A DNA stretch of 64,000 nt from Candidatus Stahliibacteriota bacterium (lineage in GTDB: Bacteria; Hydrothermota; Tepidihabitantia; B3-TA06), in the NCBI GenBank assembly GCA_004375895.1, contig SOJW01000057.1:11063-75062 (forward strand), in the 5' to 3' direction. Within the stretch, counting starts at the first letter, position 1. The number at the start of each line of letters is the position of its first letter. Made by a program: the position numbers and the translations under genes. The notes beneath the pieces were generated by a model that ran no database searches, was not told the origin of the DNA, and saw only the letters and a list, made by a program, of their open reading frames with translations. Positions 34,045 to 42,739 of the stretch are shown here, piece by piece.

Positions 34045-35159
34045 GGCTCGCAGACCGGAGAGCCGCAGCTGGTGCATAACCATGCGGTCGCCTCAAGCCG
34101 CTCGCCGCAGGAGGCGCAGATCGAAGGCATGAACACAAGCTGCTCTGAAAGCTTATCGAAGGATTCCCTCGCAGCCTCCCAGTTCCCCTGATCAAGAAGA
34201 AGCCTTGTGCGCTCGAGCAAAAGACCCACATCGCCCGGACATTTCACCAGAACCTCGTTGATCAACTCAATGGCCGCATCCGGCGCACCCTCCTTGGCCT
34301 TGAGCCGGGCAAGCCTGAGGCGAACTTCGTACTTGTCCGGATAGCGCTTCAGCAAATCCTCATACAGAGGCAGAACCTTCTCGTAGGCACCCAGATCGAA
34401 GTAGACCTGCTCGGTAAGATCCAGCACCTTATCCGCATACTCCGGATAAAGCTTGAGAAACTTATCTACCAGTGAACGGGCCTTGGCCTTCTGGTTCGAA
34501 TCCACGAGATGTTGGATCTGAACGATAAATACGTATGGGTGATTCTTTGCCAGCTTCTGCGCCTGCTTGAGGGTATCCCGCGCCTTTTCATCCTCGCCTT
34601 TTTCCCATTGCAAACGCGCCAGCTCCGCGTTCCATGTGGCCGTTTCTTTCTTGGCGGAGAAAAGTTTCTTATGCTGTTTCAGGGTTTCTGCCGCCTCATC
34701 AGTGCGCTTACGCGTAAGAAGCATGGCAAGCAACCGACGAAGATAGTCAAGCTTCTTTGGAGAAAGCCTTATAAGTTCCTTCAGAAGACCGATGGACTTT
34801 TCCACGCGATCCATCGCAAGGTAGTCTTCAACCAGCTCGTCGTAGATTACAAGCTCCTCTGAACGTTTCAGTGCGGGACGCACCGTAAGTGACTGGTGGA
34901 TGTGCGCCGCCTTTTCAGCATCGCCCCTTTGACGCATAAGCCTGCCCAGACGTATGTAGGCGTCCACGTTGTCCGTGTCCTTCATTACCGTATCGCGCAG
35001 ACGTTTTATCGCCTCGGTCTCGCGCCCGTCAAGGAGCGCGCGAAGCCCCTCCTGGTAGTTGTCACCCGCGGGCTCGCTGCGACGCCTTGAAAGAGCCACT
35101 ACCAGGATAACAATCCCCAGAATGATGACTGCGACAAGGATTATCCAGAATACGGTCAT
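34041..35159 (-). CDS. LapB/YciM-like TPR protein with C-terminal rubredoxin-type zinc ribbon
   Basis: 372 aa with an N-terminal TM helix, TPR repeats, and CASCG ... CTSCGSPV at the C-terminus. Confidence 0.7.
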   Translation of the reverse strand: MTVFWIILVAVIILGIVILVVALSRRRSEPAGDNYQEGLRALLDGRETEAIKRLRDTVMKDTDNVDAYIRLGRLMRQRGDAEKAAHIHQSLTVRPALKRSEELVIYDELVEDYLAMDRVEKSIGLLKELIRLSPKKLDYLRRLLAMLLTRKRTDEAAETLKQHKKLFSAKKETATWNAELARLQWEKGEDEKARDTLKQAQKLAKNHPYVFIVQIQHLVDSNQKAKARSLVDKFLKLYPEYADKVLDLTEQVYFDLGAYEKVLPLYEDLLKRYPDKYEVRLRLARLKAKEGAPDAAIELINEVLVKCPGDVGLLLERTRLLLDQGNWEAARESFDKLSEQLVFMPSICASCGERLEATAWLCTSCGSPVCEP

Positions 35160-35488
35160 CTTTCCTCCTCGGCATCCTCGGCCTCCTTGGCCAGGATCTC
35201 GGGAGCAAGTGGAAGATTCCGTAAAGCGTTGATCTCTTTGCGCATGGCTTCGATCTCCCTCCGTAATCGCCTGGCTTTTGCACGCAGCCTGATCTCACCT
35301 GCCAGGGCGAATAGAACAATCGAAAGCACCCCGAACCCGAAGCAGATCAAACCGAGAAGTGCAACCGAAACGCCCTGTATGGTACGTCCGAATATCTGAA
35401 CGTCCGTCTGGATGGGGTAGTTGAACAGAGCAAAAAGCCCGGCCACCACAAAGACAACTACAACGATAATCCAAAGTACGACTTTCAT
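35156..35488 (-). CDS. LapA-like (DUF1049) small inner-membrane protein
   Basis: 110 aa with two TM helices then a charged helix. ATGA overlaps on both sides. Confidence 0.65.
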   Translation of the reverse strand: MKVVLWIIVVVVFVVAGLFALFNYPIQTDVQIFGRTIQGVSVALLGLICFGFGVLSIVLFALAGEIRLRAKARRLRREIEAMRKEINALRNLPLAPEILAKEAEDAEEER

Positions 35489-36762
35489 GCCACCTCCTTT
35501 GCGAGGGGTTCGGCCAAAAGGCTCCAGCCTTCGATACCCACGAGACGAGCCCGAAGGAGTTCACCCGGCCGGGCGGTGTGGTTCAAGATTACAGGTCTAT
35601 AGTTCTTCAATTCTGCAAGCATCGCCCCTTGCCCCCTGGGGGCAGGTGCAGTAACAAAAACCTCCTCCTCGGTTCCTACAAGGCCCTCCGCACGCCTTCG
35701 CGTCACCTCGTTTTGACGATCTATAAGCTCGGCAAGACGCCTCTTGCGTTCCGGGACGGGTAACTTTTCTGCCATATCCGCCGCCTTCGTACCCGGACGC
35801 TCCGAGTAGGCGAACATGTAAGCGAAGTCGAATCCGATGCGCCTGACCGCATCCAAAGTAAGCTCGAAATCCTCCTCGCTCTCGCCAGGAAAACCCACCA
35901 ACAGATCCGTCGTCAGGTATACGTCGGGGAACGCCTCACGCACCCATCCGATCTTTTGCTCATATTCGGCAAGGCTGTAACCTCTGCGCATTTGCTTAAG
36001 CACACCCTCCGACGCGGACTGAAGCGGCAGATGAAAGAAGTGCAGAAGCTGGGGTATGCGAGCCATGCGCTGGATCATCTCATAGGAAAGATCGCGCGGG
36101 TGCGAGGTCAAAAATCCAAGACGATCGAGCCCTTCCAACCGAGCCGCGCGTTCCAGCAGATCGATAAGTTTCATATCTCCGTGACGATAGGCCAGAACGT
36201 TCTGACCGAGAAGGAAAATCTCGCGTATTCCCTGACTTATCAGATAGCGAATCTGTTTTTCCAAATCATGGTAGGGGATGCTTCGTTCAGGCCCGCGTGC
36301 GTAAGGCACCACGCAGTAGGTGCAGAAGTTGTTGCATCCCCTCATCACCGAAAGGGATGCGGAGACAGAACTGTTAGGAGCGGGCAGAAGATCACTGTAG
36401 GTCTCGAAGGATTCGGGGGCGGTGTTGAGATTATCGTGACCCAGAAGCAAACCAGGTATCTTGCGGTATTCATCCGGGCCCAGAACCAAATCGGCTACGC
36501 CTTCTGCTACCAGCTCCTGGCCCCTCAGTTTACCCATGCATCCGGCCACAATCACCTTCTTGCCCCGCCCGCGCATGGTTCGCGCAAAACCCCAAGCCCT
36601 ATCCTCCGCGTGCTGGCGAACCGAACAGGTCAAAAGCACAACAGCGTCGGCTTTCCCGGTTTCTGAGACCTCGCGGATACCTGCATCGGCAAGCAAACGG
36701 GACACAAGATGCGAATCCGCCGCGTTCATCTGGCAGCCGTAAACCTTCACATAGCACTTCAT
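35485..36762 (-). CDS. miaB: MiaB-family radical-SAM methylthiotransferase
   Basis: N-terminal VKVYGCQMN, radical-SAM CNNFCTYCVVPYARG, and a TRAM-like C-terminus. Start moved to MKCYVKVYG (36762). Confidence 0.85.
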   Translation of the reverse strand: MKCYVKVYGCQMNAADSHLVSRLLADAGIREVSETGKADAVVLLTCSVRQHAEDRAWGFARTMRGRGKKVIVAGCMGKLRGQELVAEGVADLVLGPDEYRKIPGLLLGHDNLNTAPESFETYSDLLPAPNSSVSASLSVMRGCNNFCTYCVVPYARGPERSIPYHDLEKQIRYLISQGIREIFLLGQNVLAYRHGDMKLIDLLERAARLEGLDRLGFLTSHPRDLSYEMIQRMARIPQLLHFFHLPLQSASEGVLKQMRRGYSLAEYEQKIGWVREAFPDVYLTTDLLVGFPGESEEDFELTLDAVRRIGFDFAYMFAYSERPGTKAADMAEKLPVPERKRRLAELIDRQNEVTRRRAEGLVGTEEEVFVTAPAPRGQGAMLAELKNYRPVILNHTARPGELLRARLVGIEGWSLLAEPLAKEVA

Positions 36763-36807
36763 CTTAAAGATTCTAACGAACCTTGCGCCATAGTCAAGCC
36801 CCCCCAC

Positions 36808-36970
36808 GCACCCGTACCCCTTCGGGGTATTCTCATTATTACTTGGAGCTTACGCTCCAGAACATCTAAGGATATAACACCCGTACCCCTGAGGGGGTAT
36901 TTTCATAATTACCAGGAGCTTACGCTCCAGAACATCTAAGGATATAACACCCGTAACACCCGTAACACTC
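36808..36970 (+). repeat. composite repeat: two ~67-bp double-hairpin modules + CCCGTAAC heptamer tail
   Basis: Modules 36811-36877 and 36880-36947 (ACCCC-TTCG-GGGT / ACCCC-TGAG-GGGGT; GGAGC-TTAC-GCTCC), then cacccgtaacacccgtaacactc. Homologous to 20346-20505. Confidence 0.85.
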
Positions 36971-37227
36971 CTATCTTACATACATTCTGGAACGTACTTG
37001 ACGCGGCGACAGCATGCAAGCACATCTGCGCATCTTACAGACATGACACCACAAACATGAAATCCCCGGAAAACCCGGATCAAGAGGACAGGGATTGCTT
37101 GCTTGGGTTTGTATCTATTGCCGATCACGCCTCTGGCTGATCGCTATGCGGTGGTGTACGGAGAAGTTCAGGCTTGTATCTGTTGCCGATCACGCCTCTG
37201 CCCGACGCTGCAAGCCTCAGCGAAGGC

Positions 37228-38145
37228 TCAATCAACGATTACTGGAATACCCCAGATGACGCTGGACCACTCATCTGAGGCGTAAACAAAGCTGCCCAGA
37301 CCGATCCCTATGATATAAAAGCGGGACTTGCCTTTACTAGTGAAGGAAACACTTGCTCCAGGTTCATGAATTATCCAGTTGCCTTTATCGTCTGCAAGGT
37401 AGATAAGCAGGGTGTCATCACCGGAAACGAAAACCTCCTCCACGCTCACGCTCTCGCCTGATGAGATGTGTATAAGGTCTTCTGGTTCAAAAAGCCCCCT
37501 CATACCATAGGCATCGGGATCGGCAGAGGATATAACGGTAAGGCCGCCTGCGGGATAGGCGAGGACGAGGCTGTCGAAAGAAGGAGCGGTGGCAACCTCT
37601 GGTGTTGATCCCCTGATCCCCCCTGAGTACTTGAGGAGCCTCCAGGCGGCATCACCTCCCAGAGAGTCGAAGAATACATCACCACGCGAAGAGTAACGAA
37701 GCACCTTAGAGATGCTGGTATCCGCGGCCAGAGCACTGTCGCTGCCGCGCTCGAATAAAGAATCCACCTTTAGCTCAACACTACCATCCAGGGTATCAAC
37801 AACATACGCGGTGATAGTGGTATCTATTCCAAGATCGAACGTATAAGCATACACCGAGTTGGTTATCGAGAAAGAGAACCCTGAAACCAGATAACGCACA
37901 GATGAGGTGTCGTGGCGAATAACCTCCATGGTCTCTTCAGTGACAGCCACCCCTATCTTGCCCTCAGGCAGATGGTTCTTGGAGGATAGGAATCCCTGCT
38001 GTGGTTCTAAAAGATCCACTACATCGAGGCTGTCCTGGTAACTCCAGTGCCATACCTCGGGCTCATCATCCTTCTTACAGGCAACAGGTAGCCATACCAG
38101 ACACAAAAGGAGAATCACAAGTGAGAGGTATCTCTTCATAAGCAA
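37228..38145 (-). CDS. hypothetical lipoprotein
   Basis: 305 aa with signal and lipobox LLLCLVWLPVAC. Confidence 0.7.
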   Translation of the reverse strand: MLMKRYLSLVILLLCLVWLPVACKKDDEPEVWHWSYQDSLDVVDLLEPQQGFLSSKNHLPEGKIGVAVTEETMEVIRHDTSSVRYLVSGFSFSITNSVYAYTFDLGIDTTITAYVVDTLDGSVELKVDSLFERGSDSALAADTSISKVLRYSSRGDVFFDSLGGDAAWRLLKYSGGIRGSTPEVATAPSFDSLVLAYPAGGLTVISSADPDAYGMRGLFEPEDLIHISSGESVSVEEVFVSGDDTLLIYLADDKGNWIIHEPGASVSFTSKGKSRFYIIGIGLGSFVYASDEWSSVIWGIPVIVD

Positions 38146-38210
38146 CTATTAAGTTATAGCGGGGGAGAGCCTGAGACTCTCCCCCTGAGTCTGTTAATGC
38201 CTAAGCTCAA

Positions 38211-40226
38211 CTAGTGAACGACAACTACTCGACCGCTCGCGGTATATGCAGGCGTGACGAAGTAGTAGAAGTAGACACCGGCAGCCACCGCTGACGCGTC
38301 CCAGGTAAGCATGCGAGTATCATCGAGCCTGCCGTCGAACAGGGTCTCAACCAGTTTGCCGGCAACATCGTAGATCTTGAGACAGGCATGGGTACCAGGT
38401 GCGCTTACGCTGAAGACCACGGAGCCCGAGATCGGGTGCTGGCCGAGCACCGCGATGAGGGGAGCCTCAACAGCAGGTGCTTCCTCAACCGCTGGGTCTG
38501 TTTTTTGTGGCGTGGGCGGGGGGCCGCTACCTACATAAATCTTCATAGCGGGATCGTTGCTGCCCAGATACATCACCGGGTTGGTGGTAACGACGCCCTC
38601 AGCAGGCCCTGGCTGGACAACGGAGCCGGAGAAGAGGTCGTGGATGTAGGTTACGTGAAGGATGCTATCTGAACCTATCCAGTGGTATGCACTGTGATAC
38701 TCCTCACTTTCACACTTGCCGGGTTGAGCACCAGGGCTGTGTGTGTTGGTAAGGTTGGTGGCGTAGGCAACCAGGCCATAACCATTTTCGTCGAAGTCGC
38801 CTTCAGTCCAATCCTTGACTCCACTCCATGTTGCACCGCCGTTAGTGGAGATTGCGGCATAGATGTCGGCGTTGATGGTTATGCCTGCGCTGAGATCAAG
38901 CGAATCCCACTGACCTGTCCAGGTGAAGACCATATCGTCGCCCGAGCCTATAGCGGCAAGCTGCGGGTTCCAGCAGCCAAGACCCGGAGAGTAGTAGCCC
39001 TGTGTCCCTTGACCGATTCCCCACAAGTAGAGGCCGTATGTACCCCAGGCGGTATCGCCTTCCTCGGTTAGAGGAACGAACTGGCTGTAGGGGCCGGAAG
39101 CAACGTTGAGCTTGTTGGTAACCTCACTCCAGTGCATCATCCTCAGGAAGTAAGGATAATAGTAGGAAAACCAGATTGTATCGGTTATGACCTCGTAGGA
39201 ACGGGGTCCTTCGCCGAAGCCGATGTGAAGGTTGCCTGCTGCGTCGTAGGCGCAATCCAGATCACGGGACCAGGCGTAGAGATAGTATTCGTCTGTAGTA
39301 TTCGGAGCCTCGTTCGGATAGTACCCATCGGTGACCCTAACCGGGCTACCCCAGCTTGCACCGCTGTTCGTAGACTCGATGTAATTGATGTGACCGCTGG
39401 AGGTTATCTTATCCGGGTAACCCTGGACCGGAACACCGGAAAGCCAGGCTACGGCAACCTTGCTGCCGTCCTTGGATGTAGCGATGGCGGCGTCGCTGCC
39501 GGCGTTTTGCGCAAGAACCTGCCAGGGGGAGAAGGTCTGCCCTTCATCGGTGGAACGAGAGTAGTAGAGATAGTCAACATTGTAGGGAGCACCCTCGCCA
39601 TAGACGTGAGCGGTAACGTGGATGACATCGTCCGCTCCTACAACGATATGCGGCCAGATCGGCTGCTCAGGAACGGTATTCGGGTCAATATCAACCGGGG
39701 AGCTGAATGCACCAAACCGGGGAAAAGCGTCCACTACAACAGCCGAGATATTATCAATAGTCGGCGTATGGTGGAAAGCAACCACTGCCCGGCCGTCGGA
39801 AAGCACACCCATCGTGGTGTAGCCTGCACGGGGGGTACCCGATGCCTTAGTGCCCTCGTCTAACCAGACGACGAAGCCCGCAGAGTCCTTGTCCCACACG
39901 TTGTAGTAAACGTCACGCTCACCAAAGGTCACGTCTGTCGAATGCATCCAGCAGATCTGAGCATGCCCCTCACCGTCGATCATGACGCGGTTGCCCATCG
40001 CACCGTTCTGCTGAAAGTCGTACATGGTAACACCGCCCTGGTCACCTGCGACCAAAGGCACGGCCGTGCCGGATGAGATAGATGAGGCAGGGGTTATTGG
40101 ATAGTCCCTCAGGGGCAGGACAGGGGCAAAACCGACTTCTACCCCTTCCGGCGCCTTGATAGGACCAAGCACCGCAAAGGCGGCTACGGCAAACATCCCT
40201 GTTAGCACTATGAGCTTTTTAAGCAT
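38211..40226 (-). CDS. secreted BNR/Asp-box repeat protein with T9SS C-terminal sorting domain
   Basis: 671 aa with a signal peptide and Asp-box motifs SRSTDEGQTFS, STNSGASWG and STNGGATWS. C-terminus LKIYDVAGKLV ... AGVYFYYFVTPAYTASGRVVVVH. Confidence 0.8.
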   Translation of the reverse strand: MLKKLIVLTGMFAVAAFAVLGPIKAPEGVEVGFAPVLPLRDYPITPASSISSGTAVPLVAGDQGGVTMYDFQQNGAMGNRVMIDGEGHAQICWMHSTDVTFGERDVYYNVWDKDSAGFVVWLDEGTKASGTPRAGYTTMGVLSDGRAVVAFHHTPTIDNISAVVVDAFPRFGAFSSPVDIDPNTVPEQPIWPHIVVGADDVIHVTAHVYGEGAPYNVDYLYYSRSTDEGQTFSPWQVLAQNAGSDAAIATSKDGSKVAVAWLSGVPVQGYPDKITSSGHINYIESTNSGASWGSPVRVTDGYYPNEAPNTTDEYYLYAWSRDLDCAYDAAGNLHIGFGEGPRSYEVITDTIWFSYYYPYFLRMMHWSEVTNKLNVASGPYSQFVPLTEEGDTAWGTYGLYLWGIGQGTQGYYSPGLGCWNPQLAAIGSGDDMVFTWTGQWDSLDLSAGITINADIYAAISTNGGATWSGVKDWTEGDFDENGYGLVAYATNLTNTHSPGAQPGKCESEEYHSAYHWIGSDSILHVTYIHDLFSGSVVQPGPAEGVVTTNPVMYLGSNDPAMKIYVGSGPPPTPQKTDPAVEEAPAVEAPLIAVLGQHPISGSVVFSVSAPGTHACLKIYDVAGKLVETLFDGRLDDTRMLTWDASAVAAGVYFYYFVTPAYTASGRVVVVH

Positions 40227-40516
40227 TTATGTCCTCCTTGGCTATATAGCCTGATTTGCCTCGTGGTTCTTGCAACCACTTCTTTCACTGAACCAGGATG
40301 CGTTGCGCGAAAACCTGCTATAGGAGGTCTCTTCCCGCAATGCAATCTCTTCATCTTAATCTCCACACGCTCCTCTTGAGAGTGCAGTCTTCACATTCAA
40401 CTTAACCATCCGCCTGGCTCTCTGCAACGTATCCCTTATTATCGTTACCACTGGCCCTAAGGCCGTCTCAGCCTGAAGTTTATCCCTTCCTTCAATCTGA
40501 TTACCATGCCTGAGCT

Positions 40517-41137
40517 TCACTCGTTCAGTCTGAAGTTGAAGGGTATGTTGACCCATACTCGCACCGGCTTGCCACGTTGTTCGGCCGGAGAGAACGTCCA
40601 GCTGCGAGCTGCATTCATAGCGGCCTGATTAAGGATATCGAAGCCGGAACTCTTAACGAGCCTGGTATCAATCACCTTGCCGTCGATGTCAACGAGCGCT
40701 TCAACTATAGCCTGTCCTTCCATCTCAGCTACTCGTGCCTTCTCAGGGTAGGCGGGCTTGGGCGAGTATAGCGGCTGTGGTTTCTTCTCGACCTTCCAGA
40801 AGGCCACCACTGGGATCTCTACCGATTCCTCGGGCCTGGTGTAGATCTCTGCAAACTCGGTTTCTGCCATCGTCGCGGCCTCTACCTCTTCCTCGGACTC
40901 CGCCTCAATAGGCATGGCCGGCTTTTCTTCGGGAGGAGGCTCGATGAGATTCTCAACCTCCAGCTTGATATCCTCGGCGATGATCACGCGCTTCTGGCTG
41001 GTCTGGTAGGGCTTAACGTTCATACTTCTCGGGGCAAGCGCAAACAATGCGATGTTTATAAGCAAAGCTCCTATAACACCCCAACGCATGGAGATCGGAT
41101 AGGATTGCTTCATATCAGCTACTGGCTTCCTGGCCAT
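40517..41137 (-). CDS. tonB: TonB family energy transducer
   Basis: 206 aa with an N-terminal TM helix, a Glu/Pro-rich linker, and a C-terminal TonB_C domain (YPEKARVAEMEGQAIV ... GKPVRVWVNIPFNF). Confidence 0.85.
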   Translation of the reverse strand: MARKPVADMKQSYPISMRWGVIGALLINIALFALAPRSMNVKPYQTSQKRVIIAEDIKLEVENLIEPPPEEKPAMPIEAESEEEVEAATMAETEFAEIYTRPEESVEIPVVAFWKVEKKPQPLYSPKPAYPEKARVAEMEGQAIVEALVDIDGKVIDTRLVKSSGFDILNQAAMNAARSWTFSPAEQRGKPVRVWVNIPFNFRLNE

Positions 41138-41145
41138 CTTTACTC

Positions 41146-41568
41146 CTACAACTCCTCGAACTGTGTTGCGAAGGTCAACTTGAGCGCTTTGACCTCCTTC
41201 ATCTTCTCGATAAGTTCGCTAATCTGTCCGTAGCGAGCATTCTCGTCCACGCGCAGCAACACAACGAGGTCCGGCTTCTCGGCAAGTATCTGGAGCAGCT
41301 TGTTGCCGAAGGCCTCTACAGGGGTTTCGGCAGGCATAAGCTTATCCTGAATCGAGATACGTCCCTCTCTGTCGATCCAGACGTTAACTGTATTGCGGCG
41401 CAGGCGGATCCTCTGGGTAGCCTCGGCCTTGGGCAGTATAAGATCGAGTCCCTTCTCGGTGCTGAACACGGTCGTCACCATGAAGAAGAGGATGAGAAGA
41501 AACGCGATATCAGACATCGAAGCGGTGGGGATAGCGGCTCCGCCCCGCGATCGCCTGGCCAGCTTCAT
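41146..41568 (-). CDS. exbD: ExbD/TolR family protein
   Basis: 140 aa with TM segment MSDIAFLLILFFMVTTVF. Confidence 0.85.
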   Translation of the reverse strand: MKLARRSRGGAAIPTASMSDIAFLLILFFMVTTVFSTEKGLDLILPKAEATQRIRLRRNTVNVWIDREGRISIQDKLMPAETPVEAFGNKLLQILAEKPDLVVLLRVDENARYGQISELIEKMKEVKALKLTFATQFEEL

Positions 41569-41999
41569 TCACCGCCTCCTTCAAAGAAAGGAATAAGACT
41601 GATACGTTTGGCATCCGCCATCTTAACCTCGTCCAGCACGTCTATCATCACCGAGTAAGGAGCCAGCGGCGAGATCTTGATCGCAACAGAGACCGAGTCG
41701 TGGGTACGCTCAAGCGCCGCCTCAACCGCGCCTCTTATATCGGCAATCCTGTACTCGTGCAGGGCGCCGTCCTCCTCTTCCACAAGGACCTTGCCGCCAG
41801 GTGATACGAGAATCTGCATGATGTTGCGACTGGCGATCTTTACCTCTTCGCCCTTCTCAGGCAGAAGCATAGTGAGTCCCTTCTCGCGGGCGAAGATCGT
41901 AACCGTCATAAAGAAGATGATCAAAAGGAAGGCGATGTCAGCCATCGATGCCGTAGGAATGTCTGGGTGGGTTTTCTTGCTCTTGCCAAGAGATATCAT
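41565..41999 (-). CDS. exbD: ExbD/TolR family protein (second copy)
   Basis: 144 aa with TM segment MADIAFLLIIFFMTVTIF. Overlaps the next gene by 4 nt. Confidence 0.85.
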   Translation of the reverse strand: MISLGKSKKTHPDIPTASMADIAFLLIIFFMTVTIFAREKGLTMLLPEKGEEVKIASRNIMQILVSPGGKVLVEEEDGALHEYRIADIRGAVEAALERTHDSVSVAIKISPLAPYSVMIDVLDEVKMADAKRISLIPFFEGGGE

Positions 42000-42012
42000 C
42001 CTAGACCCCTTC

Positions 42013-42633
42013 TTAACCCTTCAGGATCCCCTTCTCTAAGAGATAATCCACAAGCGAACTGGCCGCCTGCTCCATATCACGAGAGTAACGGTCTATCATC
42101 GAGGTAAAAAGGGTGTGGAAAAGCACCATGGGTGCGGCAATAAGCAAACCGGTAGCGGTGGTGATAAGCGCCTCGGAGATACCAGTTGCCACGATGGTGG
42201 GTTCAACCTCACCGGCCATCGCCACAGCCGCGAACGCCTTGATCATACCCGTAACGGTGCCGAGAAACCCCAGGATCGGACCCAAAGTAGATGCCATGGC
42301 GATCCACAACATCCCACGATCCAGGAAGCCCAACTCTACAGCACCAGCAGCTGCAATAGCTTCCTCGACAAATTCACGTCCCAGCCTGACCTTGACCAAT
42401 CCGGCGCCAAGTATCTTGGCAACCGGCTGGGGTGTAGAATCGCACAGCTCGCGTCCTGCCTTTACACCGCCTGAATCCACAGCAGCGGTAAGTTGATCCA
42501 TGAACTTCATGGGGTTCAGACGTGCCTTGATGAGAAGGGTAATGAACCGTTCTATGATGAAGGTCAGTCCGAGCAGGAATATTGCCAGCAGGCCCCACAT
42601 CATCGGACCGCCCTTTTGGAAGAGTTCGATCAT
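42013..42633 (-). CDS. exbB: MotA/TolQ/ExbB proton-channel protein
   Basis: 206 aa with three TM helices and the conserved GFLGTVTGMI ... ALITTATGL motifs. Confidence 0.88.
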   Translation of the reverse strand: MIELFQKGGPMMWGLLAIFLLGLTFIIERFITLLIKARLNPMKFMDQLTAAVDSGGVKAGRELCDSTPQPVAKILGAGLVKVRLGREFVEEAIAAAGAVELGFLDRGMLWIAMASTLGPILGFLGTVTGMIKAFAAVAMAGEVEPTIVATGISEALITTATGLLIAAPMVLFHTLFTSMIDRYSRDMEQAASSLVDYLLEKGILKG

Positions 42634-42739
42634 TGAGCCTCCTTTGAATTGAGTATAGTCATGAGGCCAACGTTGTCAAGACTTCAAAGTGCCTTTTGTC
42701 GCGGTATCCTCAGCGTCTGGGGAGGCGTGAGAAAACACC

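Noticed and set aside
34493-34503. GGTTCGAATCC, a perfect tRNA T-loop consensus
   Set aside because: It is embedded in the LapB-like CDS. The flanking bases do not form a T-stem (TCTGG versus CCACG), and no acceptor or anticodon arms can be drawn.
37109-37200. Two copies of a 27-bp direct repeat (TTGTATCT(A/G)TTGCCGATCACGCCTCTG) separated by 38 bp, which is CRISPR-like geometry
   Set aside because: There are only two copies, no third repeat on either side, no leader-like AT-rich region and no cas genes in the window. More likely a local duplication downstream of the lipoprotein gene.
42634-42739. Possibility that the kinase-helicase pair is a mobile island with identifiable borders
   Set aside because: No flanking direct repeats, integrase, tRNA or compositional shift are visible. 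The pair is joined to upstream housekeeping genes by overlapping codons, so I report it as a candidate system but not as a mobile element.
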